The translations under genes were made by a program, and so were the position numbers. From Octopus sinensis (lineage: Eukaryota): a DNA stretch of 31,214 nucleotides. The first letter of the stretch is position 1. Each line of letters begins with the position of its first letter. The notes beneath the pieces were generated by a model. It was not told where the DNA came from. It worked only from the letters and a program-made list of their open reading frames with translations, and searched no databases. The DNA lies in NCBI RefSeq assembly GCF_006345805.1, contig NW_021832312.1, positions 1 to 31,214 on the forward strand, written 5' to 3'. Of the stretch, positions 22,185 to 31,214 are shown piece by piece.

Positions 22185-22575
22185 AATTGGCAGAAACGTT
22201 AGAGCACCGGACAAAAGGCTTTACTTAATTGATTCCCGTCCGCTTATTGCGTTCTGTGTTCAAAGCCAGCTGAGGTCAACTTTTTATTTTGCCTTTCTTA
22301 CATTGATAGTAAATTACCATCTAAGATGGCGTTTTGGTGGAATTGTTTGAGTGCTGGATGAATTGCTTCCCTGCATGTTTATGGTTCCTCGCCACATGAG
22401 TTCAAATCACGCTATGGTCGACTTTGAGGTTATAAAATCTTTCTGAATTCGATATATAAAGAATCAACCTAGGAATATGTACTGGTAGAACTGATAGTGC
22501 GTCGGTCAATATGATTCGCGATATTTGTTCCTGTTCCTTGGATTCCGTGTTCAAATCCTACCATAGCCATCTCGG
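22185..22575 (+). mobile_element. Three successive degenerate SINE A 5' halves
   Basis: ttggcagaaacgttag..gttcaaagcc; ttggtggaattgtttgag..gagttcaaatc; ctggtagaactgatag..gttcaaatcc. Confidence 0.65.
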
Positions 22576-22774
22576 GTAACAGTCATAACAACCTCACCCG
22601 ACTTAACATCACCATCTATCCATTGTATAAATACGTTGTTTACATACATACACACATAATATATACATGCATACATAAACAAAAACACCTACATTTATAC
22701 ATACATATATACACACACACATACTCATACGTATATATGCATATATATATATATAAATGCGTAAATGCATACAC

Positions 22775-22870
22775 ATACATACATACATACATACATACAT
22801 GCATACATACATACATACATACATACATACATACATACATACATACATACATACATACATACATACATAC
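22775..22870. repeat. (CATA)n microsatellite
   Basis: Direct reading. Confidence 0.97.
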
Positions 22871-23084
22871 AAGTATACGTGCGTTGTTATTTAATCCCTA
22901 GTCCACCAAGTTCGAGTCGAGTGTTGATGAAAAGCAATCCAACCATAACTCTCCATATTTAGTTCTTATTCCGGACTTAGCGTACCTCAAGCTACATTAT
23001 CCAATTCGTCCTCGGATATGAGGTCAATTGCATTTAGCTCCTATTTCTACCACATTTTACGACCCTGTAGAAGTTGTGTTCAGA

Positions 23085-23212
23085 ACGGCCATGCTTAAAT
23101 AAATGTTTGATCAAAAACGCTCCCGTCATGACCATTACAAGATTAGATTTTTTGCAACGTGTTTTTAGCTGCTATTTCTAACAAATTTGGCGACTATAGA
23201 GAAGCTCCTTCG
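23085..23212 (-). repeat. Interspersed repeat family D
   Basis: Reverse complement ggagcttctctatagtcgcc..ttagaaatagcagc..ggtcatgacgggagcgttttt, homologous to 11633-11790. Confidence 0.55.
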
Positions 23213-23325
23213 TTGTTATGTACATACGTACATGTAATTATATACAATAGCGAACTTGAATTGTTAAGCAAAACTAAAAAAAAATATAACCAGCAGAACA
23301 CATTTTTATGCTGCAAGAGAGCGGT

Positions 23326-23356
23326 TTAACGTTTCGGGCAAAAACCTTCGTCGGGA
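23326..23356 (-). ncRNA. Degenerate minimal hammerhead motif
   Basis: CCGACGA-AGG UUUUUG CCC-GAAAC-GUU; U4 is mutated to C; palindromic AACGUU stem III. Confidence 0.45.
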
Positions 23357-23689
23357 GATAAAGAGAGAGAAAGAGAGGAATTGTTTTACTAATGGTGCTA
23401 GATAAATAGATTGAGAAGTAGGAGTGAGAATTGTTAAAAGCTGCTTCATCTGTCTATGTAACGTTATTCCAGTTTACACGCATCACTGGAAGTCAAATAA
23501 CAACATTGGCAATTACTTGGCAGCGCTTCTTTGGGGAATTCCTTGATATGGCGATTATTGGAGCACACGAGCGTTTCCTAACTACTTCTAGGATCTAAGA
23601 AAGAATTGAAATATAATAACGTCGATTTATATACATGCCTGTGTGTTTTGCTCGAACGCTATCTCATTCGTTGCACGCAACCGTGTTTA

Positions 23690-23831
23690 TGCATAAACAT
23701 ATACATATACGCCTATATAAATATTGCAAATATATGTACAAATATATAAATATATATGTATAATATTTACATATAATATATAGATATATATCATTACATA
23801 TATATATACACAAACACACCCAAACACACAC

Positions 23832-23873
<42 letters not shown>

Positions 23874-24014
23874 TACATATATATATATATATATATATAT
23901 GTAAAACATTTATAATTATATATACGTAAATATATACATTTACATATATATAATTAGACATATGCCGGAGCGTATCTATAAATGTATGTGTATATGAATG
24001 TGTGTGTGTGTGTG

Positions 24015-24062
<48 letters not shown>

Positions 24063-24070
24063 CGTGTGTG
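23690..24070. repeat. (TA)n/(TG)n microsatellites
   Basis: Direct reading. Confidence 0.93.
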
Positions 24071-24253
24071 TTACATAGCAATAACATATGTAAGGTATAA
24101 CAACCATAAGATGCAACACCAGATTGATAGAGCTTAATTACGCAATGCAATCAAATTTACTCTCAGATGTAATGGTTGCAGTTTGTCTCTTACGTGATAG
24201 TGGCATATTCTTCTATAATAAAGTTTGACTATTGCTTTGAGTAGCAAAAGACC

Positions 24254-24419
24254 AGGCGCAGGAGTGGTTGTGTGGTAAGTAGCTTGCTAACCAACCACAT
24301 GGTTCCGGGTTCAGTCTCACTGCGTGGCATCTTGGGCAAGTGTCTTCTGCTATAGCCCCGGGCCGACCAATGCCTTGTGAGTGGATTTGGTAGACGGAAA
24401 CTGAAAGAAGCCTGTCGTA

Positions 24420-24463
<44 letters not shown>

Positions 24464-24701
24464 GGTGTGTGTGTGTGTGTGGTGTGTGTGTCTGTGTTTG
24501 TCCCCCTAGCATTGCTTGACAACCGATGCTAGTATGCTTACGTCCCGTCACTTAGCGGTTCGGCAAAAGAGACCGATAGAATAAGTACTGGGCTTACAAA
24601 GAATAAGTCCCGGGGTCGATTTGCTCGACTAAAGGCGGTGCTCCAGCATGGCCGCAGTCAAATGACTGAAACAAGTAAAAAAGTAAAAAGTAAAAAGTAA
24701 A
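24254..24701 (+). mobile_element. SINE group B, full length, (AAAAGT)n tail
   Basis: The best-preserved B copy: A and B boxes, internal (TA)/(TG) tract, tail aagtaaaaaagtaaaagtaaaaagtaaa. Confidence 0.92.
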
Positions 24702-24764
24702 GATGATTATGTTATATAATAAAGGTGTGTACATTCATACATAATGCGTTCGTGTACACTTCGG

Positions 24765-25207
24765 CGTGTAACCGTTTGGGCAGAGGAAATCTTTCTCGGA
24801 CAATGTATGTGAAAACACACCAAGCTGGTGTATGTATGAATAATATCATCGGACTGTCCGACACATGTTTCTGCGTCATAATACTTCATCAAGAACAAAC
24901 ACCAATTCCGTCGTACGTAACTCACTAAAAACTGCCATTGCTACATGTGAACAACGAATAATAAATATGCTGGAGTGTGCAAAGCTTTGTCATGTTGGAA
25001 TTAATTACGGAACACACACTTAGGAGCAATAATTAGCATAAAGCTGTGTATATTTATACTTAATGTGTTCATTTACTCAAACGGGGAAAATTCTTCGCTA
25101 CGGTGTAAACTCCGTGGGAAGGAAATTTTGCTTATAGACAATGTATAGAAAACACACCGAGCTGATCCGTGGGACACTGTACCTGCGTGTTTATGCTTCA
25201 TCAGCTG
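24765..25207 (-). repeat. Two diverged direct repeats (24765-24897, 25101-25207), each starting with a degenerate type I hammerhead
   Basis: Shared cagct(t/c)ggtgtgttttc..atacattgtc..atttcct..ttacac. Motifs UGUUC-UUGAUGA-AGUAUUAUGACGCA-GAAAC-AUGU-GUC-GGACA and CUGAUGA-AGCAUAAACACGCA-GGUAC-AGU-GUC. Confidence 0.7.
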
Positions 25208-25229
25208 CACACACAGAATCCAGCTTTCG

Positions 25230-25405
25230 TAGTTAGCCAGCGTAGGTCTTACCCTGTTTGAGTGTTCAGTCAAATAAACTGGACTGACGTGCAATGAAAT
25301 GTCTTTTCTTGCTTCAAGATGCAACGCCGCCTGGTCCGGAAATCGAAGCCACAATACTACAATCATAATCACAACACCACGGTCACTAGATTACAAGCAT
25401 TTGCA
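25230..25405 (-). mobile_element. Degenerate SINE group C
   Basis: gtgcaatgaaatgtctt..caagatgcaacg..ggaaatcgaagccacaat is the reverse complement of the C head and body. Confidence 0.7.
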
Positions 25406-25453
25406 ATTCTTCTTATATGGAGAAATAAATTGTAAGCAACGGTTCGAGAGGGA

Positions 25454-25688
25454 AAGGCGGCGAGCTGGCAGAAACGTTAGCACGTCGGACGAATTGCGTA
25501 GCCGTATTTCCTCTGCCGTTACGTTCTGAGTTCAAATTCCGCCGAGGTCGACTTTTCCTTTCATCCTTTCGGGGTCGATTAATTAAGTACCAGTTACGCA
25601 CTGGGGTCGATGTAATCGACTTAATACCTATGTCTGTCCTTGTTTGTCCCCTCTGTGTTTAGCCCCTTGTGGGTAATAAAGAAATAGG
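25454..25688 (+). mobile_element. Young full-length SINE A with a perfect 17-bp TSD
   Basis: ggttcgagagggaaagg at 25441-25457 and 25687-25703. Confidence 0.95.
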
Positions 25689-25721
25689 TTCGAGAGGGAA
25701 AGGGTGATTGAAATTAATAAG

Positions 25722-26114
25722 TGCAGGCACAAGCGTGGCCGTAGGGTTAATAAGCTCACTTTATAGCCACGTGTATTTGAGTTCAGTCCCACTGTGCGGC
25801 ATCTGGGGAAAGTGTCTACTAAAGCCCTGGGCTGTACAATGTTTTTTGAGTGAACTTAGTCGACAGAAACTGTGTAGGAGCCATCGTATTTGTGTATGAG
25901 GACGTGTGTGTGTCTTTGTGTTTGTCGTTCCCACCGCTTGATAACCGGTTCGGTTTGCTTACTTCCCGTACGCTAGCGGTTCGGCAAAAGATATCCGATA
26001 GAATAAATTTCAGACTTTAAAATAAATACACAGACCGATTTGTTCCACTAAACCCTTCAAATCGGTGCCCCAGCATGGCCGCTGCCCAATGACTAAAACA
26101 AGTAAAAAGAAAAA
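25722..26114 (+). mobile_element. SINE group B, diverged
   Basis: gagttcagtcccactgtgcggcatctggggaaagtgtct..cggtgccccagcatggccgc..gactaaaacaagtaaaa. Confidence 0.87.
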
Positions 26115-26134
26115 TGAATAAGTGAAATGAAACG

Positions 26135-26573
26135 TTGGCTTCAAATTCTGGCATAAGATCAGCAATTCTAGGATCAGTAATTTCGGGATTTTGTCGACTC
26201 CCCCGTATTCAAATGGTACTTGTTTTATAGACCCAGATGAAAGGATGAAAGGCAAAATGGACCTCGGCAGAATTTGACCTCAGAAAGTAAAACATGGATG
26301 TAATGCCGCTAAGTATTTTGTCCGGTATGCTAACGATTCTTATTTCTTTATTGCCCACAGGGGGCTAAACATAGAGGGAACAAACAAGGACAGACAAACG
26401 GATTAAGTCGATTACATCGACCCCAGTGCATAACTGATACTTAATTTATCGACCTCGAAAGGATGAAAGGCAAAGTCGACCTCGGCGGAATTTGAACTCA
26501 GAACGTAACGGCAGACGAAATACCGCTAAGCATTTCGCCCGGTGTGCTAACATTTCTGCCAGCTTGCCGCCTT
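26135..26573 (-). mobile_element. Composite SINE A: young copy (26341-26573) inside an older copy
   Basis: Junction gctaacgattct|tatttcttta. Confidence 0.9.
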
Positions 26574-26589
26574 TAGTGAAGTGAAATAT

Positions 26590-27013
26590 TGCTTTCAAAT
26601 TTTGGCACAAGGCTAGCAATTTTCGTGGGAAGAATTAAGTCGATTATATCGACCCCAGTATTCAACTGGTACTTATTTTATCGGACCCCGAAAAGATGAA
26701 AGGCGAAGTCAACCTGGGCAGACATTGAACTTAGAACGGAAAGATGAACGCTAAGCATTTTGCCCGGCGTACCAACGATTCTTATGTCTTTATTGCCCAC
26801 AAGGGGCTAAACATAGAGAGGACAAACAAGGACAGATAAAAGGGTTACGTCGATTACATCGACCCCAGTGCGTAACTGGTACTTAGTTTATCGACCCCGA
26901 AAGGATGAAAGGCAAAGTCGACCTCGGCGGAACTTGAACTCAGAACGTAGCGGCAGACGAAATACCGCTAAGCATTTCGCCAGGCATGCTAACGTTTCTG
27001 CCAGCTCGCCATC
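26590..27013 (-). mobile_element. Composite SINE A: young copy (26783-27013) inside an older copy
   Basis: Junction ccaacgattct|tatgtcttta; flanked by ttagtgaagtgaaatatt and ttagtaaagtgaaatatt. Confidence 0.9.
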
Positions 27014-27711
27014 TTTAGTAAAGTGAAATATTAATTGACAACGATGATATTTTATTAGCGGATCACACAAATGATTAGTTTCACAATTATGCTAAAAAAA
27101 AGTAATTGGTTATTAAATAGAGTTGTAATTTATTACAACCACGTCTGAGATTAATGGTTTGTTACAAAGATAGGAGTTATATGAGGGTTAATTTTAAAAC
27201 AGTAGAAATAGATTTAAATGTGTAACACTGTGAAGAGGTTAACGTTTTTAAAAAAATCAGAAACACGCAACTGTAATAGAGAGAGTGTTTAAACAATTAA
27301 TTTCAGAAGATTAATATAAAAAATTTATATCTGATAAGGTGTGGGGGAAAATGAGACGAGGAAGTGACATAAAAAAAAATATCTTAGTTGAAGTTAAAAT
27401 GTTTAGAAATCAGATTGGATTTCATTTTAAACGGTTTCCTAGTACAAACGAATGTGAAAAATATATGTGAGGAAATACCTTTAAGCCTATTTCGTTGATG
27501 AGGGAAATATATAAGGTTAGATTCCTTTTTGGCTTTTTTGTGTGTGTTTTTTTATGATGAAGTTCCGGAAGTAATTACTTCGGTTTGTTGTTTGGAATAG
27601 AAGAGCGAGAAATGATGGAAGACACGCTATAGCAGAGACTAGTGTTGAGGAAGAAAAATCACACACACACACACATATTATATATATATATATATAATAT
27701 ATATGTAAATT

Positions 27712-27778
27712 CTTTTATTGTTTTATTTGTCTCAGTCATTTGACTCGGACATGCTGGAGCACCACCGTCAGGGGTTTT

Positions 27779-27822
<44 letters not shown>

Positions 27823-28236
27823 TTTTTATTCTTTTACTCTTTACTTGTTTCAGACATTTGACTGCGGCCATGCTGGAGCACCGATTAGTCGAACAATTCG
27901 TCCTCAGGGCTTATTCTTTGTAAGCTTAGTATTTATTCCATCGGTTTCTATTGCCGAACTGCTAAGTTATGGGGACGTAAACACACCAACATCGGTTGTC
28001 AAGCGATGGTGGCGGGGACAGACGCACACATACACATAAATATATATATGTGTATGTGTGTGTGTGTGCGTACGACGGGCTTCTTTTAGTTTCCGTCTAC
28101 CAAATCCACTCACAAGGTTTTGGTCGGCCCGAGGCTATAGCAGAAGACACTTGCACAAGGTGTTACGCAGTGGGACTGAACTCGGAACCATATGGATGGG
28201 AAACAAGCTTCTTACCGCACAGCCACTCCTGCACCT
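27712..28236 (-). mobile_element. SINE group B (27822-28236) plus an extra B tail fragment (27712-27775)
   Basis: Reverse complement of the B consensus; catgctggagcacc occurs twice. Confidence 0.9.
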
Positions 28237-28254
28237 ATATGTTGATAGAGAACG

Positions 28255-28309
<55 letters not shown>

Positions 28310-28387
28310 CCATATGTATTTATATGTATGTATACTTAATATACTTATAATATCTCTCAGTTTCTCTCTCTCTCTATATATATATAT

Positions 28388-28461
<74 letters not shown>

Positions 28462-28592
28462 TGATAGATAGATAGATAGAGATATATTTATATATATATA
28501 TATATATATATATAAGGAAGAAAGGAAGGAAGGAAAGAAGAAAGAAGGAAAGAAAGAAATGAAGGTAGGAAGGAAGAAAGGAAGAAAGAAAA
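28255..28592. repeat. (TA)n, (GATA)n (28390-28482) and (GGAA)-rich microsatellites
   Basis: Direct reading. Confidence 0.95.
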
Positions 28593-29049
28593 GGGTTGGG
28601 GAGACATATGTCTGTGGATAAATATACTAGGTCAATCTATAGAAGTGTATGCAAGGAATTGCAAAAATATGATGGTAAGATACAAATATATAAACGAGTG
28701 CATATACACGAAGTTCGCTTTTATTTTGTGGCTCAGAATTATAAGAGTGCTCAATGCAATCTCACAATCTCATAAGAGAAATTTGTAGTGTCGAATACAT
28801 GATAAATTATGTGAGATAAAGATTAGAATCCGAGATCATTGCTTCGTTCGACCGGCTTTCTTGTCGATGTATCAATGGACTGGAAGAGAAAAAAGCAGGA
28901 TTATAGTAAGCTGTGTAGATCCTTATTGTATTCGGATGCACCTTCGTAGCCATTCGATGTTTAAATTGTATTTTCACAATATTTATTATATTTTTATAAT
29001 TAAATATACTTGGGAACTCTATAGTTTGTGTATTGTAAAAGTATAACCA

Positions 29050-29390
29050 GCTTGGTGGGTGTCTTCTATTACAGTCTCGGGTCAGTCAAAGTCTTGTGAG
29101 TGGATTTGGTAGACGGAAACTGAAAGAAGCCCGTCATATATATATATATATATACGTAGTTGTGTGTATGTATGTATGAGTCTATTTTCCCTCGCTCTGC
29201 ACCGCTTGACAACTGGTGGTGGTGTGTCTACGTACCCGTAAATTTGCTGTTCGGCAAAAGAAATTGATAGAATAAGTACTAGGCTTCCAAAAATGAGTCT
29301 TAGAGTCGATTTGTTCGACTAAAACCCTTCAAAGCGGTGCTCCAGCATGGGTGCGGTCAAATGACTGAAACAAATAAAAGATAAAAGAAA
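29050..29390 (+). mobile_element. SINE group B, 5'-truncated
   Basis: gtgtcttctattacagtctcggg..ggatttggtagacggaaactgaaagaagcccgtc..atgactgaaacaaataaaag. Confidence 0.88.
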
Positions 29391-29766
29391 CGATATAAGA
29401 TAAATTATGACAAGACCTTACATAGAGCCCGGTTCAGAATCAACAAAATGGTTCCACATGGACTCTGGTTGAGGACCACTGAGTCAGTCGAACAAATCAA
29501 CCTGAGTATTAAGAGAAAAATAACATTAACCTTATATCTTCTTGTTATACACAACAGGTTATTAACCTGTTTCTTGTTCGCAGTATGTGGTCGTTTGCAT
29601 GGCTGTAAAACTTCCCAGGAGTTTATTATTTAAGTATATATATGAGCATGTCTAGATATGCAAGTATATGCATGAGAAGACATACATAAAACAGAATATA
29701 CAAATTTGCACGTATACGCACACACATACATACATACATACATACATACATACATACATACATTTT

Positions 29767-30006
29767 TATGGTTGCCCCTTCGTTATCGAGTATGGCCATT
29801 GCACGAAGCTTAACTGTTACTGGTGCTGTGATCGAATGTGACTTTTTAGCCCAGCTAAAGATCTACAATGTCTTGTACAAAATTGGCAACTAAAACCTTT
29901 ACTGGTAATAGCCGACTGTAGTTGTAACTGGACTTCATGTACCATTGCATGTCGTTTAAGTCCTCCTGCCGAATTACACTCTCTTCCACATGCCCGACAG
30001 ATATGA

Positions 30007-30008
<2 letters not shown>
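29767..30008 (-). mobile_element. 3' end of an RTE-like LINE: two C2H2 zinc fingers, stop codon and short 3' UTR
   Basis: HICRACGRECNSAGGLKRHAMVH..FSCQFCTRHCRSLAGLKSHIRSQHQ* (stop at 29817), then ggccatactcgataacgaaggggcaacc. Flanked by (CATA)n tracts. The C-x2-C-x-R-x-C-x-S-x2-GL-x2-H pattern is typical of RTE C-termini. Confidence 0.72.
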
Positions 30009-30054
<46 letters not shown>

Positions 30055-30059
30055 GTTGT

Positions 30060-30145
30060 TGAAATTCCAATGAAGGAACCTTGGATCTGGGTTAGAAACC
30101 GGCTCTTTCTCTATTCGCAAGAAACCTTGAAATAGAACTGAGTAT
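30060..30145 (+). mobile_element. Possible Penelope-like tail with a decayed hammerhead
   Basis: CCAAUGA-AGG-AACC..GGUU-A-GAAA-CCGG-CUC; the core is doubly mutated. Confidence 0.3.
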
Positions 30146-30416
30146 ATACATACATAAAGACAAACAGACATACGTTCTCTTTCCCTTTTTAATTTAGAAT
30201 AAATGTTGGCTGTCCGCTTGCTTGGTAGCCGGGATGTGAAGGAAAGTACTTTTGTTTCTGATTATCATCCTTTAAATCTTAAGAAGGTCTTGCAGATTTA
30301 CATTGTTCCAAATAACGTGAAAATTTGTAGTGTGTCTGTTTATGTATGTGTGCGTATGTGTATGTATTTATGTAAGCATGTATGTATATATGTATGTATG
30401 TGTGCGTGTTTGTGTT

Positions 30417-31176
30417 GTAGTAGTAGTAGCAGTAGCAGCAGCAGCAGCAGCAGCAGTAGTCAGTAGTAGTAGTAGTAGTAGTAGTAGTTAGTAGTAGTAG
30501 TAGTAGCAGGAATTTAATAGAGAATTGCTCCAGGTTACCAGATCAATCGGATGCGTCAATGATGATGATGATCATCATCATAACGATGACGGCGGCGATG
30601 CAGATGATCTACTTGAAGTAAGTGTAGGTGAGTGCAACGTGAATAATAAAAGTAAGCATCATCATCATCATCATCATCATCATCACCATCGTCATCATCA
30701 TCATTGTCATAATCATCACTACCATCATCGTCGGCGTCGCCATTATCATCATCATCATCATCATCATCATCATTATTATCGTCATCCTCATCATCATCAT
30801 CATAATCAGCATCAGCATCTAGCAACATCATGTTGCTAACGACTCGAGTCTGTGTACTTCATTCTCCCTGAACTGTTTCACGTGTATTTCGCATTGGTTT
30901 TAATTTAGCATGAAATGTAGAGCATGTAAGTAGCATAGTGATGCTAATGCCGGGGCTGATGGGGGTGGCGGCGGTGACGGAGGTGATGGTGGTGATATGA
31001 AGGAGATGGCGGCGGTGGTGGTAGTGGTGGTGGTGGTGGTGGTGGTAGTGGTGGTGGTAGCGTTGGTTGGACAAGATCTGATTGACGGTGAGGCAATACA
31101 AAACATGGTGTTAGGGCATGCAATGGTAAATGGTAAATCTGTTAGTCACACCAGTCATTGTATCTGCATCTGTCTG

Positions 31177-31214
<38 letters not shown>
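30417..31214. repeat. (AGT)/(AGC)n (30417-30508), (CAT)n (30555-30818), (GGT)n (30960-31060) and (TC)n (31179-31214) microsatellites
   Basis: Direct reading; source of the poly-H/D/M/T ORFs. Confidence 0.95.

Noticed and set aside
27565-27583. Short palindrome ccggaagtaattacttcgg
   Set aside because: A single short instance, plausible by chance in 31 kb.
30525-30839. His-rich or Asp-rich protein exon
   Set aside because: A (CAT)n microsatellite open in several frames on both strands, with no independent coding signal.

Overview
AT-rich eukaryotic non-coding DNA (intron or intergenic), very likely from an octopus or another coleoid cephalopod. That origin is inferred from the extreme (TA)n/(CATA)n/(ATA)n microsatellite load and the tRNA-derived SINE families present. 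No intact host gene or exon is recognisable, and nearly all ORFs in the supplied track are microsatellite or SINE artefacts. The window is a mosaic of mobile DNA: about 30 copies or fragments of three tRNA-SINE groups (here A, B, C), a near full-length but dead mariner transposase (1.7-3.3 kb), several Penelope-like (PLE) remnants (GIY-YIG fragments plus type I hammerhead ribozyme motifs), non-autonomous Helitron-like elements, an RTE-like LINE 3' end with two C2H2 fingers, long fold-back palindromes and minisatellites. The best novelty candidate is a repeat family with three diverged copies (13.9, 14.9 and 19.65 kb). It conserves a type III-topology hammerhead-like fold with a non-canonical 'GAAU' core and a co-varying stem I. 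Two copies sit in ~260-bp direct repeats 949 nt apart around a non-coding spacer, resembling a retrozyme. All calls were made by eye; no alignments, folding or database searches were run.
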